Shown piece by piece: positions 1-9,737 of a stretch of DNA of 64,000 bases. The stretch lies in NCBI GenBank assembly GCA_963692865.2, contig OY843592.1, positions 2,656,001 through 2,720,000 on the forward strand, written 5' to 3'. Position numbers and translations under genes: made by a program. This DNA comes from a bacterium (GTDB lineage Bacteria; UBA8248). Every line of letters starts with the position of its first letter. Within the stretch, counting starts at the first letter, position 1. Below the pieces are notes generated by a model that was not told the origin of the DNA, made no database searches, and was given only the letters and a program-made list of their open reading frames with translations.

Positions 1-1061
1 ACTCCGGCGGCTTTTGCATGATCAATCGCCTCTCGAGTCTGGGGCATGACACCTTCATTCGCCGCCACAACGATGATTACCAAATCTGTTACCTGCGCCC
101 CGCGCGCCCTCATTGCCGTAAAGGCTTCATGTCCCGGGGTGTCCAAAAATACAGCCGTTCCCTTGTCCGTGGTAACTCGATAGGCGCCTATGTGCTGGGT
201 GATTCCGCCTGCTTCGCCTTCCATCACGTTGGCTTTGCGGATAGCATCGAGAAGTCTCGTTTTGCCATGATCGACATGCCCCATAATTGTTATGACGGGA
301 GCCCTTGGCTGAAGATCTTCTTCTCTATCCTCTTCTTGAATCAGTATATCTTCAATGTTGTCTTTGGATATCTCGACTTCATAGCCGAAGATTTCGGATA
401 TCTCGGTAGCCGTGTTGTGATCTATCATTTGATTGATAGTTGTCATCTGGCCTTTTTTCATCAACTCCTTGATTACTTCCGTCGCCTTTACGTTAATTTT
501 CTCGGCGAGTTCTTTCACCGTTATCGTCTCTGCAATACGCACGCGCCCGCCATGCCGGCGAGGAAGTTTCTCTTTGCCGGTGTCCTGAGCCACTTTGGGA
601 CTTGGTGATGATGGGGCGACTTTTTCTTTCGGTTGTGAAATCGCTTTATCCGGAACTGTCTGTTTTTTCCCGTCAACCTTGTCTTTTAGCGCATCTGAAT
701 TTTCCTCAACAAGGGTACCTTCCGGAGTGCCGGAGGCTTGGGCTGCTGTTTCTGGAGTGGGCTGAGAGGCTGCTGTTTCTTCTTTGGATACTACATCTTC
801 CAGGCCAGGCTCACTTGCTTTTTCCGGCTTTGCAGCTTTTGTCTTTGTTGAAACTTTTTCTTCAGCCTCGCTTGCAGGAACCGCTTTCTTCTCTTGAACC
901 GCGTCCTGAGAAAAAAGCGCTATCACCAACTCGGCTGTTTCATCATCCACAGTGCTCATATGGCTTTTAACTACGATTCCCTCCCTGGCTAATTCCTCAA
1001 CAAAAGCCCTGCTGTCATATCCAAGATTTTTAGCCAACTGGTATACGCGTACACTCGCCAT
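1..1061 (-). CDS. infB: Translation initiation factor IF-2, 5' part (runs off the left edge)
   Basis: Not in the ORF track. Reverse strand from ATG at 1061 reads [14 protein letters not shown]...[11 protein letters not shown] and later [21 protein letters not shown] and [20 protein letters not shown] (IF-2 G-domain); lies downstream of nusA. Confidence 0.97.
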   Translation of the reverse strand, partial: MASVRVYQLAKNLGYDSRAFVEELAREGIVVKSHMSTVDDETAELVIALFSQDAVQEKKAVPASEAEEKVSTKTKAAKPEKASEPGLEDVVSKEETAASQPTPETAAQASGTPEGTLVEENSDALKDKVDGKKQTVPDKAISQPKEKVAPSSPSPKVAQDTGKEKLPRRHGGRVRIAETITVKELAEKINVKATEVIKELMKKGQMTTINQMIDHNTATEISEIFGYEVEISKDNIEDILIQEEDREEDLQPRAPVITIMGHVDHGKTRLLDAIRKANVMEGEAGGITQHIGAYRVTTDKGTAVFLDTPGHEAFTAMRARGAQVTDLVIIVVAANEGVMPQTREAIDHAKAAG

Positions 1062-1141
1062 ATGACCCTCACTGCAGATTGTTCACATCCACCATTCAAT
1101 CAACGAGAAAATCTGAAATAAACTCCGAAATGCATATTGCC

Positions 1142-1732
1142 TCAACCGTTATGAATTGCTCTTTCCTGCATCAAGCGCAAGCAAATACTATCTACAAGAA
1201 GAGGTTCATCGATATATAACACTCCAATCGGTTTTCGACCTAAAAATTCCCCCAGTTCATTCTTAGCGAAAGGCAGAATATAGAATTCTTCGGTCATACG
1301 TTTCAAGTTCATCAAACCTTTTGATGATATATTATTGGCAACAAACGGTTTCCCCATTTTCGAGAGTTTTATCTTTTTGAAGACCGCCTCTTTTCCAAAG
1401 GTGAGCGCACCCTTTCTTTTAGAAGCGGCCAGCATTCCCATGAGTTTTCGGCCCAGAAGCATTCTCAAATTTGGAATCAACTCATCTGAGTCGATCCTGA
1501 AATTTCTTCCTTTCAGTGCGACTTGCAAGTGATTCGAAGAAACAAGCCTTGAAATGCAATTCATATTAAAACAACAATGAGCGCCTCTTCCCGGCAGCTT
1601 GCTCCCCAACTCGCAAACGATATTCTCCTTCGGGCCGATCACCATTCGAAAAAAGATATTCACATCGCCTTTGTTCCGACAAACTACGCACATTCTATGG
1701 GGCAAAGTATCCAGTCCTTCATCATGTCTCAT
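1142..1732 (-). CDS. YlxR/DUF448 (RnpM-like) domain fused to an L7Ae/YlxQ-like RNA-binding domain
   Basis: PHRMCVVCR...LPGRGAHCC YlxR motif followed by LMGMLAASKRKGALTFGKEAV (L7Ae-like); sits between nusA and infB. Start moved to ATG 1732 with GGAG upstream. Confidence 0.85.
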   Translation of the reverse strand: MRHDEGLDTLPHRMCVVCRNKGDVNIFFRMVIGPKENIVCELGSKLPGRGAHCCFNMNCISRLVSSNHLQVALKGRNFRIDSDELIPNLRMLLGRKLMGMLAASKRKGALTFGKEAVFKKIKLSKMGKPFVANNISSKGLMNLKRMTEEFYILPFAKNELGEFLGRKPIGVLYIDEPLLVDSICLRLMQERAIHNG

Positions 1733-3071
1733 GAGGCTCCGAGCCGACAGACTTCTCATGCAATTGGGCTGCTTCAATGAGTAGCCCGGCCCGCTTTGGG
1801 CCTATGCCGGGAACCTCGCATAGCTCATCCGTGGATGCCGCGCCGACCGCCGCAATAGTAGAAAAGCCATTGTCCGCCAAAAGCCGCGCCATTTTTTCAC
1901 CAACAAGCTCCAGTTCTACCAGTTCACTGGTAGAGTCCCCATCAGTTTCCGTTGATTGAATACTCTCATCTTGCTCTTCCACACCAGCGGCGTCCTCCGG
2001 ATGCTCATCGCTTGAAAATGCTTGCTCGGCGACGAGGCGTCGATACTCGCCCTCACCTTTCAGATCGATTTTCCAACCTAAAAGTTTAGCCGCTAAGCGA
2101 ACATTTTGGCCGCCTTTTCCAATGGCCAAGGAAAGCTGATCGTCAGGCACCAACACCTCCATTCGGCCTTCATCTTCAAACAAAGTGATATGTTGGATTT
2201 TGGCGGGACTGAGCGCATTTGCCGCATATGTGCGTATATCGTCACTCCAGGAGATGATATCGATCTTCTCCCCCCTGAGTTCTTGAACAATCGACTGCAC
2301 ACGGCTGCCCCGTGTTCCCACGCATGCGCCCACCGGATCGATATCTCGCTCATGACTTACAACAGAAACTTTTGAACGCCCACTAGGCTCACGGACACAA
2401 CCTTTTATGGCCACTACTCCATCGTAAATTTCAGGCACTTCCATCTCAAATAGACGAATCAGCAAGCCAGGATGCGTTCTGCTGAGAACAATTTGAGGCC
2501 CCTTCGTAATTTCACGCACCTCCATAATATAGGCACGGATGCGGTCTCCACGCTTGTAGACCTCTCTGAATATCTGCTCCCGACGAGGAAGGATTGCCTC
2601 TGTACGCCCGATATCTACATAAATATTCCCTCGCTCCACCTGGGAGACAGACCCGGTAATTAAATCGCCTTCACGCTCCTTGAATTCTTCGTAAATGTTC
2701 GCACGCTCCGCCTCTCGTACTCGCTGCAATATCACTTGCTTGGCGATCTGAGCGGCAATTCTGCCCAGTCCTTCAGTTTCCACACCTTGTGAGAGAAAAT
2801 CCCCGACCTGAATATCGGGATTTTCCTTGCGTGCCTCATCTAAAAGGATTTCACTCTGGGGGTTCTGGATAATCCTGACGACTTCTTTCGCCGCTTTGAC
2901 GTCAATTTCACCGGTTTGTTCATCAAACGATACATCCACGTTTTTGCCCAAGCCGTATTGCTTCTTCGCGGCTGACGCCATGGCGACTTTCAGGGTATCG
3001 AGAAGAAAATCTTTGGAGACACCTCGCTCGCGCTCCAATTGTGTTAGGACCGCAATCAATTCTTGACTCAC
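1722..3071 (-). CDS. nusA: Transcription termination/antitermination factor NusA
   Basis: GRIAAQIAKQVILQRVREAER, S1 and KH domains (DPVGACVGTRGSRVQ, SLAIGKGGQNVRLAAKL), C-terminal HhH (VPGIGPKRA). Confidence 0.98.
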   Translation of the reverse strand: MSQELIAVLTQLERERGVSKDFLLDTLKVAMASAAKKQYGLGKNVDVSFDEQTGEIDVKAAKEVVRIIQNPQSEILLDEARKENPDIQVGDFLSQGVETEGLGRIAAQIAKQVILQRVREAERANIYEEFKEREGDLITGSVSQVERGNIYVDIGRTEAILPRREQIFREVYKRGDRIRAYIMEVREITKGPQIVLSRTHPGLLIRLFEMEVPEIYDGVVAIKGCVREPSGRSKVSVVSHERDIDPVGACVGTRGSRVQSIVQELRGEKIDIISWSDDIRTYAANALSPAKIQHITLFEDEGRMEVLVPDDQLSLAIGKGGQNVRLAAKLLGWKIDLKGEGEYRRLVAEQAFSSDEHPEDAAGVEEQDESIQSTETDGDSTSELVELELVGEKMARLLADNGFSTIAAVGAASTDELCEVPGIGPKRAGLLIEAAQLHEKSVGSEPHET

Positions 3072-3103
3072 AAACTACTCCTCCATGATGGATTGAGTTG
3101 ACT

Positions 3104-3601
3104 TTACTCCGAATTCCCTGAACTTAGAAATTCCGCACCCCAATCCACATCCAAGCTCGCTTTTGCGATATCGGCCAGCGGAAATGAAACTTTCTCCTCA
3201 TTCTCTAACAGCACACGGATATTGCTTCCATCAATCTCGATTAGTTGCCCGACAATTCCCCTCTTCCGCCTTTGCATCCCTTTAAGACGTATGCGCACTC
3301 GATGCCCGACATAGCGTTCAAAGTCTTGGATTTTTCGCAAAGATCTCTCAATCCCGGGGCTTGATATTTCAAGGCGATAAGAATTTTCAATGGCGTCCTT
3401 TTGGTCGAGACGTTCTCCGAGTTCTCGACTGACGGCTACGCAATCAGAAATAAAAATACCTCCTGGCTTTTCAATATATACCCGAATTACCTGTCGGCTA
3501 CGGCTACCGGTCAGTTCAACATCAATCAATTCAAACCCAAGCTCGGAAACTACTTCCTGGGCGATAGTCCATATTCGACCACCAACGTCAATTATCACCA
3601 T
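3104..3601 (-). CDS. rimP: Ribosome maturation factor RimP
   Basis: YRLEISSPGIERSL motif; first gene of the rimP-nusA-infB operon; start chosen at ATG 3601, downstream of the leader hairpin. Confidence 0.93.
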   Translation of the reverse strand: MVIIDVGGRIWTIAQEVVSELGFELIDVELTGSRSRQVIRVYIEKPGGIFISDCVAVSRELGERLDQKDAIENSYRLEISSPGIERSLRKIQDFERYVGHRVRIRLKGMQRRKRGIVGQLIEIDGSNIRVLLENEEKVSFPLADIAKASLDVDWGAEFLSSGNSE

Positions 3602-3619
3602 AACCCTGTTCCGAGAGCG

Positions 3620-3655
3620 AATAAAAAAATGGGCCATCAATTGACCCACTTACTC
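3620..3655 (-). promoter_or_regulatory. rimP leader attenuator/terminator hairpin
   Basis: Minus strand reads AGTGGGTCA-ATTGA-TGGCCCA-TTTTTTTATT just upstream of the rimP start, matching the conserved GGG...CCC + U-tract rimP leader. Confidence 0.75.
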
Positions 3656-3914
3656 GACAGCCAAGATCATCGATACTTTAATCGCCATGCGAGTAAAGCG
3701 CAAGTGCAATAGCTTCTTCGTACAACATGAAGCATTATTGCCCGAAGAAATGCGGCGTGTTAAATTCTGCCGAATTAGGGTGATAGAATATCTTGAAACC
3801 AAACGAGCGGTGAATCCGTTTTGCGTTTTCCTCGAAGAAGCGCCAAGGGCTTCCTTGCCCGATGATGAAGACGCCTCCTGGGTGGAGCGCAATCATCAGC
3901 GAAGAGGCAACTCC

Positions 3915-4898
3915 ATGATTCGGTTGACGAAAGTAAAGGCCCTGTGGATTTACGAAACGATGGTCCGCATTCGAAAGTTCGAGGAGCGCTCCATCGAGTT
4001 GTTTCAGGCAGGAGAATTGCCAGGCTTTCTTCACGCCTATATCGGCGAGGAAGCCGTCGCCGCCGGTGTTTGCGCTCACTTGACCCCGAAAGACCAAATC
4101 ACCTCTACACACCGCGGGCACGGCCATATGATCGCAAAGGGACTTCAATACGAAGGCATGTTCGCCGAGTTGTACGCTCGGGCGACCGGCTACTGCAAGG
4201 GAAAAGGCGGCTCCATGCACATCGCTGACCAGGATTTGGGTGCTCTGGGGGCGAATGGCATTGTGGGAGGGGGTATCCCTATTGCCGCCGGCGCCGCTCT
4301 GGGGCTTCTACTCAAGGGGGAAAAACACGTCGCCGTAAGTTTTTTCGGCGACGGGGCCAGCAATGAAGGCGCTTTCCATGAGGGCATCAACATCGCCGCC
4401 ACCTGGAAGCTGCCTGCCGTATTCGTCTGCGAGAACAACGGATTCGCCGAAAGCACGCCTCGCGCTACTCATCAGGCGGTTCAGGACATCGCAGATCGGG
4501 CCAAAGCCTACGGCATGCCCGGAATCGTTGTCGATGGCATGGACCCTCAGGCCGTATACGAAGTGGCCGGTGAAGCGATTGCGCGCGCCCGCGAAGGGCG
4601 TGGACCTTCGCTGCTCGAAGCGAAAACAATGCGCTTTCTGGGCCATTACGTGGGTGACCCCGGCACCGCTTACGGGCACGACAAAGAGGTGGGGAAATGG
4701 CTCAAGCGCGACCCGCTCATCACGTTCGCCGAAACACTCAAGAAGAAAAAATGGTTGAACAAAAAAAGCATCGACGCCATCCTTGCGAACGTGAACAAAG
4801 AGATGGAAGAGGCTATCGAATTCGCCCGGAAAAGCCCGGAACCCGAGATTGACGACGCCATGGCCGATATTTACGCGCCCGCCCAGGGAAAAGGATGA
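3915..4898 (+). CDS. TPP-dependent 2-oxoacid/acetoin dehydrogenase E1 alpha subunit (AcoA/PdhA-like)
   Basis: GFLHAYIGEEA, STHRGHGH, GKGGSMH, GDGA...ENN TPP motif; start set at ATG 3915 after GAAGAGG. Confidence 0.93.
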   Translation: MIRLTKVKALWIYETMVRIRKFEERSIELFQAGELPGFLHAYIGEEAVAAGVCAHLTPKDQITSTHRGHGHMIAKGLQYEGMFAELYARATGYCKGKGGSMHIADQDLGALGANGIVGGGIPIAAGAALGLLLKGEKHVAVSFFGDGASNEGAFHEGINIAATWKLPAVFVCENNGFAESTPRATHQAVQDIADRAKAYGMPGIVVDGMDPQAVYEVAGEAIARAREGRGPSLLEAKTMRFLGHYVGDPGTAYGHDKEVGKWLKRDPLITFAETLKKKKWLNKKSIDAILANVNKEMEEAIEFARKSPEPEIDDAMADIYAPAQGKG

Positions 4899-5878
4899 TG
4901 CGCGAGATTTTATACAGAGAAGCCATCGTCGAGGCCCTGGATGAGGAAATGGCGAGAGATGGTTCCGTCTTTCTGCTCGGAGAGGACATCGCGGAGTTCG
5001 GCGGCTCATACAAGACGACCGTGGGGCTTTTGGAGAAATACGGCGCCGAGCGGGTGAGGAACACGCCCATTTCCGAGCAGGGAATCATCGGCGCGGCCCT
5101 TGGGGCGGCGCTCGTGGGCATGCGGCCCGTAGCGGAGTTGATGTATATCGATTTTTCCGCCGTCGCCATGGATCAAATCGTCAACCAGGTCGCCAAGGTA
5201 CGCTATATGTTCGGCGGCAAGGCGAATACCTCGCTCGTCATCAGAACCCAGGGCGGCGCGGGACGCAGTTCCGCCGCGCAGCACGCGCAAAGCCTGGAAG
5301 CCTGGTTTGTTCACGTACCGGGCCTCAAGGTGGTCATGCCCTCCACCGCGCGTGACGCAAAAGGCCTTCTGAAGGCGGCGGTCAGGGATGATGACCCGGT
5401 ATTTTTCATCGAACACAAACTCCTTTATCTGGAAAGAGGCGCTGTCCCCGAGGAGGAGGAGATCATCCCCATAGGCGTCGCCGAGGTGAAAAGGGAGGGA
5501 AGCGACTTTACCATCGTTGCTACCTCCTCGATGGTCGGCAAATCGCTCGCTGCAGCGGAGGAACTCGAAAAAGAGGGCATAAGCTGCGAGGTCATCGACC
5601 CCAGAACGCTTTTCCCGCTGGACACGGAGACGATTCTCGCCTCGGTACGCAAGACGGGCCGGCTCCTCATCACCCATGAGGCGGTGCAACGTTGCGGCTG
5701 GGGAGCCGAAATCGCCGCCTTGGCCGCCAGGGAAGCTTTCGATTACCTCGACGCGCCCATCGAGCGCGTCTGCGGCAAGGAAACGCCGGTGCCTTTTTCG
5801 CCCAAACTCGAATCCTACGTCATCCCCGACAAAGATGACGTAATCGCCGGTGTCCGTGGTATGTTGGAGACGGTATAA
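4895..5878 (+). CDS. 2-oxoacid/acetoin dehydrogenase E1 beta subunit (AcoB/PdhB-like)
   Basis: GEDIAEFGG, NTPISEQ, AAQHAQSLEAWF, DPVFFIEHK; overlaps the E1 alpha stop. Confidence 0.95.
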   Translation: MMREILYREAIVEALDEEMARDGSVFLLGEDIAEFGGSYKTTVGLLEKYGAERVRNTPISEQGIIGAALGAALVGMRPVAELMYIDFSAVAMDQIVNQVAKVRYMFGGKANTSLVIRTQGGAGRSSAAQHAQSLEAWFVHVPGLKVVMPSTARDAKGLLKAAVRDDDPVFFIEHKLLYLERGAVPEEEEIIPIGVAEVKREGSDFTIVATSSMVGKSLAAAEELEKEGISCEVIDPRTLFPLDTETILASVRKTGRLLITHEAVQRCGWGAEIAALAAREAFDYLDAPIERVCGKETPVPFSPKLESYVIPDKDDVIAGVRGMLETV

Positions 5879-5916
5879 TTCCCGAACACATTCATTCATT
5901 AGGAGCGTAAATATTC

Positions 5917-7161
5917 ATGGCCACTCCTCTCCCGATGCCGAAGCTCGGCCTCACCATGGAAGAAGGCACCATCCTCAAATGGCGCAAGGACGAGGGTGAA
6001 GCGGTCGAAAAGGGCGAGATTATTCTCGACATCCAGACCGATAAAGTCGAATACGAGGTCGAATCGCCGGACGGCGGCCTGCTTCTCAAAACTTTGGCGG
6101 GAGAAGGCGACGTCGTTCCCTGCGGCACGGACATCGCCGTCATCGGCGAGGCGGGAGAGGACATCGGCGGTTTTGGAAGTGCTCCCCCCAGCGCCCCGGC
6201 GGAGGCGGAACCAGAGGCGGCGCCGGTTCCCGCGCAAGCTTCCCCGACGCCTCCCCCTGCGCCCACGGCTCCAGTCCAGACTCAGCCTTCGCCTACGGGC
6301 CGCGTTTTCGCCAGCCCGGCGGCAAGGCGCGTGGCGCGAGAGCTGGGCATCGATTACCGCACGCTCAAAGGCTCGGGCCCCGGCGGAAGAATCGTTCAGG
6401 CCGACGTGAGGGCAGCGAAGGCATCGGGCCTTCCCGCCGCGTCGGCGGCAGCCCCAAGCGGCCCCGCGGCCGTGGCGGGTTCCACGCCCCTGGCCGGTAT
6501 GCGGAAAATCATCGCCGAGCGTATGCTCGCAAGCTGGTCGCAGGTGCCGCGCATCACCATGCAGGCCGAGGTGGACCTCACCAACCTCCTCGCCGTGCGC
6601 GAGGCCAGCCGCCAGGCATGGGAGAACGACCTCGGCGTCAAGGTGTCCATCAACGATCTCATCCTCTTCTACACGGCCCGCGCCGTACGCCGCTGCCCGG
6701 CCGTGAACGTCCGCCTCGCCGAAAACGCCCTGGAGCAGATGCGGGACGTGAACATCGGAGTAGCCGTCGCCGTCGAGCAAGGCTTGATGGTGCCCGTCAT
6801 CCGGGGCGCCGACCAGAAATCCATCGACGCCATCTCGCGCGAGTCGCGAGCGCTGGCCGAGGCGGCCAGAGCGGGCGCGCTGGGACTCGATGCGCTCGAG
6901 GGCGGCACCTTCACGGTCTCGAATCTCGGGGCGTACGGAGTCGACCATTTCAGCGCCGTCATCAACCACCCCGAATCCGCCATCCTCTCGGTGGGGGCGG
7001 CGCGCGAGCGCGCCGTCGTGCGAAACGGCGAGATCGCGGCCCGGACGACGGCCTATGTCGGCATCAACGCCGACCACCGCCTGGTCGACGGCGCGCCGGC
7101 GGCCGAATTCCTCAGTACGCTCAAGGAGATGCTCGAGCACCCCAAGGTGATGCCCGCGTAA
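5917..7161 (+). CDS. Dihydrolipoamide acyltransferase E2
   Basis: Lipoyl domain (QTDKV), Pro/Ala linker, ASPAARRVARELGID E3-binding domain, catalytic DHRLVDG. Confidence 0.95.
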   Translation: MATPLPMPKLGLTMEEGTILKWRKDEGEAVEKGEIILDIQTDKVEYEVESPDGGLLLKTLAGEGDVVPCGTDIAVIGEAGEDIGGFGSAPPSAPAEAEPEAAPVPAQASPTPPPAPTAPVQTQPSPTGRVFASPAARRVARELGIDYRTLKGSGPGGRIVQADVRAAKASGLPAASAAAPSGPAAVAGSTPLAGMRKIIAERMLASWSQVPRITMQAEVDLTNLLAVREASRQAWENDLGVKVSINDLILFYTARAVRRCPAVNVRLAENALEQMRDVNIGVAVAVEQGLMVPVIRGADQKSIDAISRESRALAEAARAGALGLDALEGGTFTVSNLGAYGVDHFSAVINHPESAILSVGAARERAVVRNGEIAARTTAYVGINADHRLVDGAPAAEFLSTLKEMLEHPKVMPA

Positions 7162-7450
7162 CGAGAAACCCATTCAGTATCAATACTTTACAACTTTTTA
7201 TTCAACTGTTTTATCTTGTGATTTATTTTCCGAAAAACATCGTGAATTTATCTTATTTTATCAGTTTTTTCAGGTTATTTATTGAAATGCCTCTCCGGTT
7301 TTCCGGCAGGGTTCGGAGAGGGTTCGCCCGTGCGGAAACGGCGCCCGGGAACGCGGCCGATCCGACCGGGCGCGCGCCCTGGAGTCGAAAACCCCGCATC
7401 GCCGGATCGACGCCGATGACGTGAACCTGCGCCATGAGCCCTCCTCCTTC

Positions 7451-7616
7451 GGGGTTGTTGAAAAAACCCTCTCCGCCGCATCCTGAGCAGCGGCGAAGCC
7501 GCGTATCGAAGGTCAATCGCAACCGATGCGGGAGCGATTGCCTCTCACCCCGGCGCGAGGCGCTCGATTCCCCTCGCCCCTTCGACAGGCTCAGGACAGG
7601 CCCCTTCGACACGCCG
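7451..7616. repeat. REP-like palindrome cluster with an IS-like end motif
   Basis: GGGGTTGTTGAAAAA at 7451; CATCCTGAGCAGCGGCGAAGCCGCGTATCGAAGG at 7479-7512; CCCTTCGACAGGCTCAGGACAGG at 7578-7600. Related units recur at 9456-9564 and 26917-27011. Confidence 0.7.
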
Positions 7617-7904
7617 TCTCGTCGCAGCGTGATGCCGCCGGGAGGGGCGTCCGCCCCACCGGCCTCTCGCTCAAGAAGCCGCGCATATCCTGTCCCGGCC
7701 CGAAAATCCCCGCCAACCGCAAATGCGGGAAAATGCGCGCCGCGCCCGGAATCGTGAGGGAGGGCGCGTAAACGGACAGGCGTCCCGGCGGGGTTCGCGC
7801 CGGAGGCCTCCCCGGCAATCCGGCTCGCGCGGCCCCTGCGTTTTCTCCCGCGCTCCGCTTCGTTCAAGAGCCGGCGACGGCGTCACGCGTTCTCGGGGCG
7901 CTCT

Positions 7905-7970
7905 GGCGCTCCGGATGCAGATCCCGTGGTCGAAATTCCTGCCGGAAAAATTTTTTCTCGTCGATGTCAT
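7905..7970 (-). pseudogene. Decayed 5' fragment of zur
   Basis: MTSTRKNFSGRNFDHGICIRSA aligns with the Zur N-terminus MASREKHFLRRDHDHVACIESA (11798 downward); similarity is lost after about 22 codons. Confidence 0.7.
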
Positions 7971-7980
7971 CCTGAATTCC

Positions 7981-8013
7981 TTGACGGACCGAATTGTTAT
8001 GTTATAACATTAC
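7981..8013 (+). promoter_or_regulatory. sigma70-like promoter overlapped by a Zur box (znuA1)
   Basis: TTGACG at 7981; GAATTGTTATGTTATAACATTAC at 7991-8013 closely matches the proteobacterial Zur consensus GAAATGTTATA-N-TATAACATTTC. Confidence 0.85.
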
Positions 8014-8077
8014 ATTTAACAGCTTCGCCATCCCATTTCACGCCGAAAGGAAAGTATTCATGAAAAGGACCTTATCA

Positions 8078-9172
8078 ATGAAATATGTGTTGCTCACTGC
8101 GGCTCTGACGATGGCGCTCCTCGCGCGCCTGACCGCCCCCGCATCGGCCGCGCCCCCGGTGGTGGTCTCCATCAAACCGCTTCATTCGCTGGTCTCAGGC
8201 GTCATGAAGGGGGTCGGCGAACCCCATCTGCTGATAAAAGGCGCCGCCTCGCCGCATACGTTTTCACTCAAACCCTCCGATGCCGGCGTCCTCGAGAGGG
8301 CGCGCGTGATTTTCTGGGTGGGCGAGGCGCTCGCCCCGAGCCTCGATCGGCCCATCGAAGTTCTGCCGAAACGGGCGAAGGTCGTCGCCATGACGGAGAT
8401 AAAGGGTCTGAAGCTGTTGAAGATCAGAGAAGGCGGTTTGTGGGAAGCGCACGACGACCACGGCGAGAAGGGAAAAGGCGGCCACCATGACGAACACGGG
8501 CACGGCAAGGCCAAAGACGCCGATCATCACGACGAGCATAAACACGCCAAGGGAAAAGACGAGCGCCACGACGAGCATAAACACGAGAAAGCCAAAGACG
8601 ACCATCACGATGAGAAGGCCGGCGCTCATCACGGGGAGCATCATCATCACAGCGATATCGACGCGCACGCCTGGCTCGACCCCGTGTACGCCAAGAAGTG
8701 GGTGCATGAGATCACGCATGAGCTCGAAGAGGTGGATCCTGCGAACAGGAAAAAATACGAGGCGAACGAAAAGAGGCTTATGGCTCGATTGGACGCCCTG
8801 CACGAGGAATTGAAAAGCACGCTCGCGCCGCTGAAAGGCGCGCCCTACGTCGTCTTTCACGATGCGTATCAATACTTTGAGAAACGCTACGGACTGAACG
8901 CCATCGGTTCGGTGACCTTCTCGCCCGAGAAAAAGCCGGGCGCGGCGCGCCTCGTGGCGATACGCAAGAAGATCAGGGACACGAAGGCGGCCTGCGTGTT
9001 CAGCGAGCCGCAGTTCCAGCCCAAGCTGGTGAAGGTCGTCATGGAGGGAACGGGCGCCGAAACCGGCGTGCTCGACCCCCTGGGCGCGGATATTCCCGCC
9101 GGTGAGGACGCGTATTTCACCCTCCTGCGCAACATGGCGAAATCGCTCAGGACATGCCTTTCGGGAGAATAA
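8078..9172 (+). CDS. znuA: Zinc ABC transporter substrate-binding protein ZnuA, copy 1
   Basis: Signal peptide, VVVSIKPLHSLV, ASPH, His-rich loop, DAHAWLDP, FHDAYQYFEKRYG, EPQF. Start 8078 chosen by homology to copy 2; 8060 is also possible. Confidence 0.92.
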   Translation: MKYVLLTAALTMALLARLTAPASAAPPVVVSIKPLHSLVSGVMKGVGEPHLLIKGAASPHTFSLKPSDAGVLERARVIFWVGEALAPSLDRPIEVLPKRAKVVAMTEIKGLKLLKIREGGLWEAHDDHGEKGKGGHHDEHGHGKAKDADHHDEHKHAKGKDERHDEHKHEKAKDDHHDEKAGAHHGEHHHHSDIDAHAWLDPVYAKKWVHEITHELEEVDPANRKKYEANEKRLMARLDALHEELKSTLAPLKGAPYVVFHDAYQYFEKRYGLNAIGSVTFSPEKKPGAARLVAIRKKIRDTKAACVFSEPQFQPKLVKVVMEGTGAETGVLDPLGADIPAGEDAYFTLLRNMAKSLRTCLSGE

Positions 9173-9286
9173 TCCCGGCGCCGCTTCCTGGGGAAATGAA
9201 CCGGCCCGCCCTGTTCCCCCGCATATCCCCAGGAGCCGCCCGCATTTTCGCAGCGGCGAATGGAACCGAAGGGGGGCGATAGTTCC

Positions 9287-9706
9287 GTAGCCGGACAGGC
9301 GCAGGAGCCTGTCCGGCTACGGTGGATGTGGACTGAGGGGAGAAGCCCGACTCCGAGGCGGATCGGCTCCCTTGCGGGGGTCGCATACGGGGTTGTTGAA
9401 AAAGCCGATGCGGTGCAATCCCCCTTCTCGTCCTGCCCAGCCCGCCTCTTCGCCTCACCCTGAGTAGCGGCGAAGCCGCGTATCGAAGGGCCGAAATTCG
9501 CGCCCGCCGGAGAGATGCTCTCCCATCCTTCGATACGGCGCTTACGCGCCTACTCAGGATGAGGGTTCGGGGCCGCTTGCTCGGGATGAGGAGGTCAAGC
9601 GTTCTGCGAAGTCCGATGCCGCGCGGTGGGCCGAGTCCGTTCAGCGACCCCTACACATTCTCCTCGAACAGCGACCGCAGGGAGGGCACAGGGGCCTGTC
9701 CGCTAC
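9287..9706. repeat. Intergenic REP mosaic between converging znuA1 and znuB
   Basis: Palindrome GTAGCCGGACAGGC-GCAGGA-GCCTGTCCGGCTAC (9287-9320); GGGGTTGTTGAAAAAG near 9389; inverted CCTGAGTAG...TCGAAGG pair (9456-9564); reverse GTAG unit ending at 9706. Confidence 0.75.
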
Positions 9707-9737
9707 GCCTCGCTTCGAACGCGGGGTTCCGCGCGGC

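Noticed and set aside
18-970. Plus-strand ORFs 18..608 and 602..970
   Set aside because: Antisense shadows of infB, which occupies the minus strand.
1142-1732. YlxR-L7Ae fusion as a novelty
   Set aside because: This fusion between nusA and infB is already known in several Gram-negative lineages.
3915-7161. E1/E2 cluster lacking an E3 gene
   Set aside because: E3 is commonly shared and encoded elsewhere, so this is not unusual.
7253-7867. ORFs across the 7.2-7.9 kb intergenic region
   Set aside because: They translate REP palindromes (e.g. LSLSKG, PFDRLR) and show no protein-family motifs.
7980-8010. TTATGTTATAA as the XerD arm of a dif site
   Set aside because: No XerC arm at the required spacing; better explained as a Zur box upstream of znuA.
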